A stretch of DNA of 64,000 bases. Source: Bacillota bacterium (GTDB lineage Bacteria; Bacillota; Clostridia; Ch29). The position numbers were made by a program, and so were the translations under genes. Below the pieces are notes generated by a model. It saw nothing but the letters and a program-made list of their open reading frames with translations, ran no database searches and was not told where the DNA came from. This document shows, one piece after another, positions 19,734 through 28,343 of the stretch (position 1 is the first letter of the stretch; each line of letters begins with the position of its first letter). The stretch covers positions 1,689-65,688 of the forward strand of contig JAXGPT010000008.1 in assembly GCA_040766775.1 (NCBI GenBank), given 5' to 3'.

Positions 19734-21572
19734 ATGAGGCGCAAAAGAATATCCATAATGGTTGCCATCGTGCTTCTGCTTACGGTTGCAGTATTGTGTG
19801 CATACTACTACGGTCAAAGCGTTAAAAATATAGAAAGGATAACATATGTTGATTTTGTAGAAAAGGCGAAGAATGGAAGCGTCGAGGTGGTCTATTTGAG
19901 CGACAGCCCCAGCCTGGAGGGTGAGCTTGACGACGGGACAAGGTTTGTAACCGAGAACCCGAGGAGCGAGGACTTTAAAGAAAGCATGCTGGTTATGGGC
20001 GTAAGAGTGGAAGAAGGCGCAAGAAACAGCGCGCTTATGTCAGCCCTAAGAATGGCGTTGGTCTTCGGTATAATAATCCTGTCGGTTTGGAGTATTTCAA
20101 GGATAATGAACAGGGGAACCGTTCCGGGGTACAAGGACCCGGTGGACAAACTGTCCACCATGCAGTGCGAGACGGTAAAGGACGTCGATGTAGGGTTTGG
20201 CGATGTCGCCGGGAATGAGGAAGCCAAGGAAAGCATTAAAGACATAGTGGATTTTTTGAAAAATCCTGACAAGTACGCCAGGATGGGGGCGCGAATGCCC
20301 AGGGGAGTCATTTTTTACGGCCCTCCCGGAACCGGCAAGACGCTGCTGGCAAAAGCGGTGGCGGGAGAGGCGGGGGTGCCCTACTTTGCTTTTTCCGGGT
20401 CCGACTTTGTACAGGTGTATGTCGGAGTGGGAGCCGCCCGCGTGCGGGACGTGTTCAAAAAGGCCAGAAGCCTGGGCCGGTGCGTGATATTTTTTGATGA
20501 AATAGACGCCTTGGGTAAAAAACGTGACGGTACGGCCTCCGGCGGGAGCGATGAAAGGGGCCAAACCCTGAACGCGCTGCTTACAGAAATGTCCGGTTTC
20601 AATTCCAACGACGGCATAGTAGTGATTGCAGCCACCAACAGGCTGGACGTGCTGGACCAGGCCCTGCTTAGGCCGGGAAGGTTTGACAGGCAGGTGGAAA
20701 TAGGGCTTCCGGATATCAACGGAAGGCTTGAGATACTCAAGATTCACAGCCGCAACAAGCCCCTGGGCAAGGACGTCGATTTGAAAAGGCTTGCGCAGCA
20801 GACGGTGTTTTTCAGCGGCGCGCAGCTTGAAAACCTTATGAATGAAGCCGCCATTTTTGCAGCCAAGAGGGGTTCCAAGTTTATTGAAGAGCTGGATACG
20901 GACAAGGCCTATTACACGGTAATTGCCGGTGCGGAGAAAAAGGACCGGAGCACCATTTCCCGGCTGGACAAGGAGATAACCGCGTACCACGAAGCGGGCC
21001 ACGCGCTGGTTACAAAGCTTGTGGCACCGGAGAACCGCGTAACCAAGGTAACCATAATACCCAGCACCAAGGGAGCCGGGGGTTTCAGCGTGTCGCTGCC
21101 GCCCGACCGGATGTACCGGAGCAAAAAACAGATGGAAAGCAGCATCAAAATAGCCCTTGCGGGGCGGATAGCCGAAGAGATAATATTCGGAAAAGACAAC
21201 GTCACTACCGGTGCCTCCAACGATATAGAAAAGGCCACCCAGATTGTTATGGCCCTGGTGAAGCAGTTCGGCATGGGGGACAGTACCGGGATGCTGAACT
21301 ATGATATCCTGCTTAACAACAGCATTTCGAATCAGCAGAGCATCGTGGCGGAGTGCAGGGCCTTTATAGACAGGTACTACAAGGAAACCTACGACCTGCT
21401 GGTGGAGAACAAGTACCTGCTTGACAGGATTGCCCGTGTGCTATTGGCGCAAGAATCAATAGACGAGAAATGCCTTGACGCCATATTGTCCGGAGAATAC
21501 ACCGGTCCGAGCACCCCGGCGCAGGAATGCCTGCCGGAAGAGCGCGGACAAAAGACGGCGGTATTGGCATAG
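19734..21572 (+). CDS. ftsH: FtsH-family ATP-dependent zinc metalloprotease (paralog)
   Basis: N-terminal TM, Walker A GPPGTGKT, Walker B IIFFDEIDA, SRH ATNRLDVLDQALLRPGRFDR, zinc site HEAGHAL. Start at ATG 19734 (MRRKRISIM). Confidence 0.9.
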   Translation: MRRKRISIMVAIVLLLTVAVLCAYYYGQSVKNIERITYVDFVEKAKNGSVEVVYLSDSPSLEGELDDGTRFVTENPRSEDFKESMLVMGVRVEEGARNSALMSALRMALVFGIIILSVWSISRIMNRGTVPGYKDPVDKLSTMQCETVKDVDVGFGDVAGNEEAKESIKDIVDFLKNPDKYARMGARMPRGVIFYGPPGTGKTLLAKAVAGEAGVPYFAFSGSDFVQVYVGVGAARVRDVFKKARSLGRCVIFFDEIDALGKKRDGTASGGSDERGQTLNALLTEMSGFNSNDGIVVIAATNRLDVLDQALLRPGRFDRQVEIGLPDINGRLEILKIHSRNKPLGKDVDLKRLAQQTVFFSGAQLENLMNEAAIFAAKRGSKFIEELDTDKAYYTVIAGAEKKDRSTISRLDKEITAYHEAGHALVTKLVAPENRVTKVTIIPSTKGAGGFSVSLPPDRMYRSKKQMESSIKIALAGRIAEEIIFGKDNVTTGASNDIEKATQIVMALVKQFGMGDSTGMLNYDILLNNSISNQQSIVAECRAFIDRYYKETYDLLVENKYLLDRIARVLLAQESIDEKCLDAILSGEYTGPSTPAQECLPEERGQKTAVLA

Positions 21573-21613
21573 CGTGAAAAAGAGCATAGGTACTGTATAA
21601 CTGAACCATATAA

Positions 21614-21668
21614 GTCAGCCGGTGGAATGGGCCGACAAGGGCTCCACCAACCGGCTGATTTATTTTAT
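21614..21668 (+). terminator. Intrinsic terminator after the ftsH paralog
   Basis: Stem TCAGCCGGT / ACCGGCTGA (long loop with an internal helix) followed by TTTATTTTAT. Confidence 0.6.
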
Positions 21669-21805
21669 CCCGCTGTTTGATGTATTAAATAAAATGTCCG
21701 TTAAACGGAATACTATTGTAGGAAAAGAAGTGTCTTTACCGAGGGTCCAGCGCCAAGCGGTTGGAACGGCTGCCCGGGGTTTGTGCACCGTGGGCAAAAA
21801 AAGAT

Positions 21806-21833
21806 TGAGACAAGAGAACCGTCCCCCTGTCTG
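21806..21833 (-). repeat. Single copy of the GGGACGGTTCT hairpin repeat (core on the minus strand)
   Basis: The minus strand reads cAGACAGG-GGGACGGTTCT-CTTGTCTc, with arms pairing by Watson-Crick plus G.U. It lies about 20 nt upstream of the start codon of the next gene. Confidence 0.7.
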
Positions 21834-21854
21834 TATTAATTGTACAAGGAGGTA

Positions 21855-23156
21855 ATGAGATTGCTGGGTGAAGGTATAGTAAAAAACTTAATAGACGAGA
21901 TGCTGGAGAGGATGCGCGAACTGGAAAGCATAAAAAGTCCCCATCTTGTCCACGGCTTTTCGCTTTTAAAAATTGCCGCGATAGGGGAAAGGGCAAAGCA
22001 CGGGGTTCCGGTAAGGGAGATGTACGGCTCCACCAGGAAGCTTCCTACCTTTGAGGACCTTATGTTTGTGCCGGCGATGATTGACGTGCTCCCCGTGAAC
22101 CCAAGCGAGGTCAATACCGAGGTGGTGATAGGCAAAAACACAAGCAAGCCCCTTAGGATTTCCACCCCCATCATGCTGTCGGCGATGGCCTACGGCCTTT
22201 CGGTTAACCGGGCCACCAAGATATGCTGGGGCAAGGCCTCCGCCGCTGCAGATACTGCCTGCAACTCGGGGGATACGGGCTTCTTCCCGGAGGAGCGAAA
22301 GTACGCAAGGTATTACATAGTGCAGTTAAACAGGGCCCGCTATGGCAACTCTGAAGAGGAAATTAAGCAGTCGGACGCCGTGGAGATACGTTTCGGCCAG
22401 GGCGCGATGGGGGCGCTGGCGGGGGCCGTTGACGATGCGGACGTGGATAAGGATTTGGCAAAACAGCTTGGAGTAAGGCCGGGCAAAAGCTCAAGCAGGC
22501 CCTACCTGCATCCCGAGATAGACCAGGGGAAAACACTGAAGGATATCGTGGCGAACCTAAGGGCCATAAACCCCGATGTGACGGTGGGTGCAAAAATTGC
22601 CGCCGGGAATATTGAAAAGGACCTTGATGCGGTGATTGATGCGGGCTGCGACTTTGTTACCCTCGACGGCGGAGGGGGAGGAACCGCCAACTCCCCAGAG
22701 GTGACGATAAACAACCTGGGCGTACCGTTGGTATACGCCATAGGCAGGGCTCACCGCCATCTTGAGAAAAGAGGTGTCCGTGACAATATAGACCTTATTG
22801 CAACCGGGGGGTTGAGGGATGCAGGGGACTGCCTCAAGGCCATGGCCCTTGGAGCCAATGCGGTATACCTTGCAGAGTCGGCCCTTATTGCGATGTCCTA
22901 TTCCCAGTGGGACAAGGTGCCGCCGGGGACCGCTCCTTCGGAGCTGTTCCTTTCCTTTGGCGACCACGAGGACCTTTTTGACATAGAGGAAGGCACAAGG
23001 GCCCTTACCAACTTCATAAAGGCCTCCACCTCCGAGATGGCAATGCTGACCGGCCTGGTTGGGAAAAACGATGTAAAAAAAGTGAACATAGACGACCTGG
23101 TGGCGCTGAATGAGCAGATGAGCAAGGCTACCGGCGCCCGCCCGGCATGGCAGTAG
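21855..23156 (+). CDS. FMN-binding glutamate synthase family protein (GltB FMN-domain-like, PF01645 type)
   Basis: Blocks ISTPIMLSAMAYG, VEIRFGQGA, LDGGGGGT, ATGGLRDAGDCLKAMALGANAV. Start at ATG 21855 behind AAGGAGG. Confidence 0.85.
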   Translation: MRLLGEGIVKNLIDEMLERMRELESIKSPHLVHGFSLLKIAAIGERAKHGVPVREMYGSTRKLPTFEDLMFVPAMIDVLPVNPSEVNTEVVIGKNTSKPLRISTPIMLSAMAYGLSVNRATKICWGKASAAADTACNSGDTGFFPEERKYARYYIVQLNRARYGNSEEEIKQSDAVEIRFGQGAMGALAGAVDDADVDKDLAKQLGVRPGKSSSRPYLHPEIDQGKTLKDIVANLRAINPDVTVGAKIAAGNIEKDLDAVIDAGCDFVTLDGGGGGTANSPEVTINNLGVPLVYAIGRAHRHLEKRGVRDNIDLIATGGLRDAGDCLKAMALGANAVYLAESALIAMSYSQWDKVPPGTAPSELFLSFGDHEDLFDIEEGTRALTNFIKASTSEMAMLTGLVGKNDVKKVNIDDLVALNEQMSKATGARPAWQ

Positions 23157-23166
23157 AAAGGCGCAC

Positions 23167-23201
23167 AAATCCCCGTAAGAATTTTATTCTCCGGGGATTT
23201 T
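23167..23201 (+). terminator. Intrinsic terminator
   Basis: Stem AAATCCCCG / CGGGGATTT with a 16-nt loop; the T-rich tail is partly within the stem. Confidence 0.55.
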
Positions 23202-23267
23202 GCCTGTATTATTATTGTTTTCTCATGCGCCGGTACTGTGTAGTTTAGGGCAGAAAAAACTGCGTAC

Positions 23268-23295
23268 TTGCCGGGACGAATGCAATTGGTATAAT
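23268..23295 (+). promoter_or_regulatory. Sigma-A type promoter upstream of the DUF488 gene
   Basis: TTGCCG, a 16-nt spacer, then TGgTATAAT (extended -10). Confidence 0.5.
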
Positions 23296-23356
23296 GATAA
23301 TGGACCGGCCTGTCGGGCGAAAGCGTCTTACATTCGGATGAAAGCGGGGTAATGGC

Positions 23357-23788
23357 ATGAAGATATTTACGATAGGTTTTGCAAAGAAAAATGCCGAAAA
23401 ATTTTTTGGACTGCTTTTGGATAACAAAGTCAGGAAAGTGGCGGATATAAGGCTTAACAACAAATCCCAGCTAGCCGGGTTCTCAAAGGAGGACGACCTT
23501 AGGTTTTTCCTTAAGAACATCGGGAATATAGGCTATGAACACTGTACCGCTTTGGTTCCCACAAAGGAGCTTTTTGACGGCTTCCGGGACAAACGGTTAG
23601 GCTGGGAAGAGTTTTCCGAAGAGTACAAAAAGCTGCTTCAAAAAAGAAATGCGATGGAGCAGCTTGATTTGGAAAGCCTTGACCATGCCTGCCTCTTATG
23701 CAGCGAGGACTTGCCGGAGCATTGCCATAGAAGGCTGGCGGCCGAAGAAATCCAAAAAATAACCGGCTGTGAGATTATTCACTTGTAA
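23357..23788 (+). CDS. DUF488 family protein
   Basis: MKIFTIGF...F..LL....V..V.DIR start and the C-terminal C..D...CHR motif are typical of DUF488. Confidence 0.75.
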   Translation: MKIFTIGFAKKNAEKFFGLLLDNKVRKVADIRLNNKSQLAGFSKEDDLRFFLKNIGNIGYEHCTALVPTKELFDGFRDKRLGWEEFSEEYKKLLQKRNAMEQLDLESLDHACLLCSEDLPEHCHRRLAAEEIQKITGCEIIHL

Positions 23789-23808
23789 TTTAAGTCCCTG
23801 CGGCGGAC

Positions 23809-24165
23809 TTAAGCATCCTGCTTTGAACCGCCGCTTCTTTTCATTTCCTTGCCCCAACTGGCCAGGGCTTTTAGTGCCGGGATTAGGTTTTCTCCGTTTT
23901 GAGTAAGGGAATATTCAACCCGCGGGGGGATTTCCATATACTGTTTGCGATATACTATGCCGTAAGATTCCAATTCCCTAAGCGATTGGGTCAGCATCAT
24001 GTTGGTAATCCCGCCTATGCTCCTTCTCAGTTCATTGTACCTCATGGTCCCGTTTTTACTTAATGCCCAGATTATGGGCAGCCTCCACTTCCCGCCAATA
24101 AGGTTCAGGGCAAATGTAAGCGGGCAGTCGTCCAGCCTGCTATTATAAAGCGGTTTGTTGTCCAT
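23809..24165 (-). CDS. HxlR-family winged-helix transcriptional regulator
   Basis: CPLTFALNLIGGKWRLPIIWAL...RYNELRR.I.GIT..MLTQSLRELE..GIV.R......PPRVEYSLT. Start at ATG 24165 behind GAGGTGGG. Confidence 0.9.
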   Translation of the reverse strand: MDNKPLYNSRLDDCPLTFALNLIGGKWRLPIIWALSKNGTMRYNELRRSIGGITNMMLTQSLRELESYGIVYRKQYMEIPPRVEYSLTQNGENLIPALKALASWGKEMKRSGGSKQDA

Positions 24166-24307
24166 GTCCCCACCTCTATACTCATATTTTTCATACTTAA
24201 TCAGAAAATACTGCATACTTGTCATAATCAACGCTGCTGGTATAATTATATCTAAAATTGATTTATTATAAAATACTTTTAATTACATTTTGGAGGGGAA
24301 GGATTGT

Positions 24308-24850
24308 ATGGATATAATATACGAAGTTGTTCCTGAAGAAGATATAGGCTGCATAAGGGACCTGTGCAACGGTTTGATGGCCTACCAAAAGTCGGTGGCG
24401 TATATTCACCCGGAGTTTTTTGACAACATGTGCTTTGAGACCAGGATGCTTCCGGCGATAAAAAGCGCAAAGGCCAACTACATAGTGGTTGCAAAAGACG
24501 GTGACCAACCGGTGGGGTACGCCTACAGCACCGTTGCGCCAAAGCGAACCTATGCCGGTGGTTTTGCCACGCTGCAGTGTGATGCTTTCTTTGACTTCGA
24601 CTCGGTGGAGGGGGATGACGTGGGCTGCCTTTCCCAGTTTTTCATTAAGGAGGAATATAGAAATAAAGGCATCGGCAGCGTCATGTTTGACATGTCGATG
24701 AAATGGCTTGAGTCCTTTGAGGATATTAAGGACATATTCATTTTTGTTTCAAACGGTAACGACGGTGCGCTTAAATTCTACAAGGATAAAGGGTTCAAAG
24801 TAAGCCACGAAATATTGGACGGTTTTATTACGGTGATGAGAAATTCTTAG
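24308..24850 (+). CDS. GNAT-family N-acetyltransferase
   Basis: Acetyl-CoA motif FFIKEEYRNKGIGSVMF and the ALKFYKDKGF block. It is divergent from the HxlR regulator. Confidence 0.8.
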   Translation: MDIIYEVVPEEDIGCIRDLCNGLMAYQKSVAYIHPEFFDNMCFETRMLPAIKSAKANYIVVAKDGDQPVGYAYSTVAPKRTYAGGFATLQCDAFFDFDSVEGDDVGCLSQFFIKEEYRNKGIGSVMFDMSMKWLESFEDIKDIFIFVSNGNDGALKFYKDKGFKVSHEILDGFITVMRNS

Positions 24851-24980
24851 CCGCGGTATCAAACAATGTACCCGTCCCTCTATTTGGGAAAAAAGCCGTC
24901 CTAAGGGAACAACCGGCTGAGTTAAGCCGTCCAACGGTAAAACGGCTTAACGGGAGGGATTTGCAATAAAAAGGCTCATT

Positions 24981-25316
24981 TTGTTCGTCATATTTGCGGC
25001 CGTGGTATTTACACTGGCAGCGGGCTGCGTCAATACGGAGAAGGAAGATGGGTCCTCGTTCGAAGCGGCGGTGCTTGAGAACAACGCAGCCAGTCTAATG
25101 GTACAACCCGTTGAGGGTTCTTCAGAGCTTAGGTCCGCGGACAAGATAGTGGTTTTTACAGGTAATGCGGACCTGGTAAACGCCGAGGGAACTAAGATAA
25201 CAATGGATGATATAAAGGTGGGCGGCAGTGTTCAAATCTTTTACAGTGGAGGAATAGCTGAAAGCTATCCCGCGCAGATTAACGGTTGCTACAAAATCGT
25301 GCTATTGGACTACTAA
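24981..25316 (+). CDS. Small lipoprotein (DUF3221-like)
   Basis: Lipobox FTLAAG-C, followed by a beta-rich domain ending G.IAESYPAQI....I.LL. TTG start as in the ORF track; the start is uncertain. Confidence 0.55.
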   Translation: MFVIFAAVVFTLAAGCVNTEKEDGSSFEAAVLENNAASLMVQPVEGSSELRSADKIVVFTGNADLVNAEGTKITMDDIKVGGSVQIFYSGGIAESYPAQINGCYKIVLLDY

Positions 25317-25328
25317 CACATGTACAGG

Positions 25329-25362
25329 AAGACAACCCGAAGGTTTAGGTTGTCTTTTTGTT
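25329..25362 (+). terminator. Intrinsic terminator
   Basis: Stem AAGACAACC / GGTTGTCTT, 10-nt loop, then TTTGTT. Confidence 0.7.
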
Positions 25363-25515
25363 GACCGGGCGGCACCGGAAAGTTTTTATAAAGGTGTGAA
25401 GCCTTGAAAAATACGGTAAACTATGAAGGGATAAGAGGAATTCCTTCGTCTATTTATATGAACGGGGACACACCGTCATCCCATATCACACATCTCAAGG
25501 GGAAGGGGGGGAGAG

Positions 25516-26064
25516 ATGAACCCGGAGGAAATTGTTATAAAACGGGCGGCCGCCGGCGATAAAGCCGCCTACGAGAAGCTGGTGGACAAATACAAGGGAT
25601 ACGTATTTGCAATCGTTTTAAATCTTACGCAGGACAAGTTCCATGCCGAGAACATAGCACAGGATGTATTCCTTCAGGTATACATCTCCCTGCCCCGGTA
25701 CCGGTACGAGGGTTTTAGGACCTGGCTGGGTAGAATTGCCGCCCGCAAGGCGATAGACTGGAAGAGAAAGTACGGCAGAACCCAGGCAAAGGAAAGACCC
25801 TTGGCAGCCCCGGAGCAGCTGCCGGGACAAAGGGAAAGCCCCAGCCTGGAGGAGGACCTTATAAGGCGGGAAGATGAAAGAAGAATTAGGGCACTGTGCA
25901 GCCAACTGCCGGACAGCTACCGGACGGTGATAATAAAGTACTACTTTTCAGGGAAAAGCTACCGCCAAATAGCCGAAGAAGAGGGTATCGCTGTTAAAAC
26001 GGTGGAGACAAGGCTGTACAGGGCAAGGCAAAAGCTTAGGGAACAGTGGAAGGAGGATGGATAA
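25516..26064 (+). CDS. ECF-type RNA polymerase sigma-70 family factor
   Basis: Region 2 (YVFAIVLNLT.D...AE.IAQDVFLQVY) and region 4 (SYRQIAEEEGIAVKTVETRLYRARQKLR). Confidence 0.9.
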   Translation: MNPEEIVIKRAAAGDKAAYEKLVDKYKGYVFAIVLNLTQDKFHAENIAQDVFLQVYISLPRYRYEGFRTWLGRIAARKAIDWKRKYGRTQAKERPLAAPEQLPGQRESPSLEEDLIRREDERRIRALCSQLPDSYRTVIIKYYFSGKSYRQIAEEEGIAVKTVETRLYRARQKLREQWKEDG

Positions 26065-26547
26065 ATGGTACATTTCACACCGGAGGACTGGAAAGCTTTC
26101 GCAGAAGGGTCGCTGGAAGGCAAAAAGAGAAGCGTAATGGAGGAGCACCTGCTGCTTTGCGACGGGTGTGCCGACAAGTACCTGGCCTTTTTCTCCCTGG
26201 AAAGTGCCGAGGCTGCTGCCAGGGAACTCCATCCGCGGTTCACTTCAAACGTGATGAAAAGGATTGGCGGCCTTGAGGCTCAAAGAAGGGGGAACCGGCA
26301 AGGGCGGTGGAGCATCCTGTATTACACGGCAGCGGCATGCCTTACGCTGTTTTTCATGTCTGCCGGGGTATTCGAGGGTTTTGCCGACATGATACCGGAA
26401 ATTACCGAGAAAAAGAGCGAAATACATCACCCCTTCCAGGAGGAAAGCCAAAGCATGGTCCAATTTGGATGGTCGGATAGGATTATGAACAGTACTGTAA
26501 CATTTTTGGATGCAATAAAACCAAAGGGTGAGGAGGTATCGGATTGA
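26065..26547 (+). CDS. Anti-sigma factor (zf-HC2 type, single TM)
   Basis: It immediately follows the sigma gene. It has an HLLLCDGCADKY zinc-finger motif and one TM segment (ILYYTAAACLTLFFMSAGV). Confidence 0.75.
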   Translation: MVHFTPEDWKAFAEGSLEGKKRSVMEEHLLLCDGCADKYLAFFSLESAEAAARELHPRFTSNVMKRIGGLEAQRRGNRQGRWSILYYTAAACLTLFFMSAGVFEGFADMIPEITEKKSEIHHPFQEESQSMVQFGWSDRIMNSTVTFLDAIKPKGEEVSD

Positions 26548-27368
26548 AAAAGAAAAGTAAGCTTGTAGTCTTTCTTCTATCGGTTATACCGGGATTAAGC
26601 CATATATATTTAGGACTTTATTACAGGGGATATATATTCATGGGAGCCACTGCGGCGGCCGTGGCGGTGGTAGCGGGTCTCTGTGTCCTGATGGGCGGTA
26701 ATGCCCCTCTGATGCTATTGCTGGGCCTGCCTGTGTTGTGGTTTGTCGCACTGATTGACAGCATGACGCTGGCAGAAAGGGTCAATATAAGCAGGGAACA
26801 AAACCCCGCCGGGGCAGACAGCCTGGAAATTAGCCCGGGCATCGCCGAAAACAAGATGAGTGACCAGAACAGGAAGATAATCACATGCCTGCTGTCGGTG
26901 GTTCCGGGGGCGGGACACATGTTCCTGGGCTACCAAAAGCTGGGGCTGGAGCTTATGACACTGTTTTTCTTTTCCTTCTTCTTTGTAGACTGGCTGAGAA
27001 TCGGGTTTTTCATGTTCATTATACCGGTAATATGGTTTTACAGTATTTTTGACGCGCTGCACAAGGCTTCCGGGGATAGAATTCCTGTGGAAGAGGACCA
27101 TTTATCTGTGCTTGATCTAATTGGGGGGGACAAATATAAATGGAGCAGTTCAAAACTGCTGGGATACGGACTTATCCTCATAGGAGTGCTGCTTATATTC
27201 GACAGGATAATTTCACCTATGATACCCTACGAAATAAGAAACTACCTGCAGACAGGGATAGTCGCCCTTCTGTTTATAGCCGGCGGGGTAAACATCCTAA
27301 TAGGCGATCGTAAAGGAGGAAATGCAGTCGAAGAGGAGGTGCCACAGCAGTGCGAAGATGGAAAGTAG
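26544..27368 (+). CDS. Polytopic membrane protein with a duplicated S.IPG.(S/G)H.(Y/F)LG motif
   Basis: 274 aa. It overlaps its neighbours by 4 nt upstream and 19 nt downstream, so it is probably co-transcribed with the sigma/anti-sigma pair. Confidence 0.6.
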   Translation: MKKKSKLVVFLLSVIPGLSHIYLGLYYRGYIFMGATAAAVAVVAGLCVLMGGNAPLMLLLGLPVLWFVALIDSMTLAERVNISREQNPAGADSLEISPGIAENKMSDQNRKIITCLLSVVPGAGHMFLGYQKLGLELMTLFFFSFFFVDWLRIGFFMFIIPVIWFYSIFDALHKASGDRIPVEEDHLSVLDLIGGDKYKWSSSKLLGYGLILIGVLLIFDRIISPMIPYEIRNYLQTGIVALLFIAGGVNILIGDRKGGNAVEEEVPQQCEDGK

Positions 27369-28279
27369 GGACCCTGTCCCTTGGAGTTTTAATGATAGTA
27401 GTGGGGGTTGTGATGCTGGCGGCCCAGTTCAAGCAGGTGGCGGTACTTGATATGCTGCTTACATGGTGGCCGCTGATACTGGTGCTCATTGGCGGGGAGG
27501 TTTTATGGCATGTATACACTTCGAAGGAACAGGAGCCAAAAGTAAAGTACGATGTTTTTAGCATTTTTATAATTATAATAATGCTGTTCTCCGGCGTAGG
27601 AATGTATGCGCTGACCGCCACCGGCGTTGTAGAAGGCATTTCCTGGATGGTGCAAAGCAAAATTATACCGGTGGAGGTGCCTTCCCAAAGGATTGAATTG
27701 GATGAGGGCGTGGAAAAGGTCGTAGTTTCCGCTCCCCGGGAAAGGCTGGATATCAAAAAAACCGGTAGCCGGGAAGTGGTAATTTTCGGGCAGGCGGAGG
27801 TAAATGCGGCGGACATAGAAGAGGCTAAAGCCCTGGTAGAGCAGTATGGGGCGGTCACCCGCCGGGAGGGGAATACCCTGTTTGTACAGTTCCTTTCGAA
27901 TAGCTGGCCGGGGGAATTCAAGCCAAGCATAAGGGAAGTCCGGCACACCCTTCTGCTGCCTTCCGATGTTGATGTAGAGGTAAGCGGCTCCAATTATTTC
28001 ATCCTGGATATTGATGGAGAGGCAATTGGGAAGAATTGGGTCATAAAGGGGAGCGGCAATATAAGAATCACTGTTGCCGGCGGAGCGGACTCCTGGCCAT
28101 TGACGCGCATGTTCGCAGCTCCGGCCAGCTTAGGCAACGCAAGCTGGGAGGTCGAGGAACCGGCATCCGGGCTGCCGGATGCAAGGGTTATGGCCAAGGG
28201 ACATCTAAAATGGGGTGAGGGCAGAAGCAAAGTGGTGGTAATAATAGAAAACGGCGAAGTTGTGGTTAATGAACTATAG
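27350..28279 (+). CDS. Membrane protein, LiaF/DUF4097-like (N-terminal TM segments + beta-rich C-terminal domain)
   Basis: 309 aa with three N-terminal TM helices followed by a repetitive beta-strand region. The family assignment is by resemblance only. Confidence 0.5.
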   Translation: MRRWKVGTLSLGVLMIVVGVVMLAAQFKQVAVLDMLLTWWPLILVLIGGEVLWHVYTSKEQEPKVKYDVFSIFIIIIMLFSGVGMYALTATGVVEGISWMVQSKIIPVEVPSQRIELDEGVEKVVVSAPRERLDIKKTGSREVVIFGQAEVNAADIEEAKALVEQYGAVTRREGNTLFVQFLSNSWPGEFKPSIREVRHTLLLPSDVDVEVSGSNYFILDIDGEAIGKNWVIKGSGNIRITVAGGADSWPLTRMFAAPASLGNASWEVEEPASGLPDARVMAKGHLKWGEGRSKVVVIIENGEVVVNEL

Positions 28280-28343
28280 GGCTGAAAAGTTGAAGGCTCA
28301 GAGCACAAAGCTTGACGGGGGTTAATCACCCCCTCCTACTCGA

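Noticed and set aside
20097-21002. 301-aa minus-strand ORF antisense to the ftsH paralog. The same applies to 7743-8255, 27274-27993, 50152-50889, 60118-60951 and 60977-61657 (all minus strand), and to the many 60-170-aa ORFs overlapping clear genes.
   Set aside because: These translations are low-complexity (Pro/Arg/Gly/Ser-rich), lack RBSs and family motifs, and lie fully inside genes with strong homology-type evidence on the other strand. They are shadow ORFs typical of GC-moderate coding DNA.
21669-21805. Riboswitch (for example a glutamine/glnA-type RNA) upstream of the glutamate-synthase-family gene.
   Set aside because: Only generic small hairpins (TCCGTT-AA-ACGGA) are present. I could not match any conserved riboswitch core.
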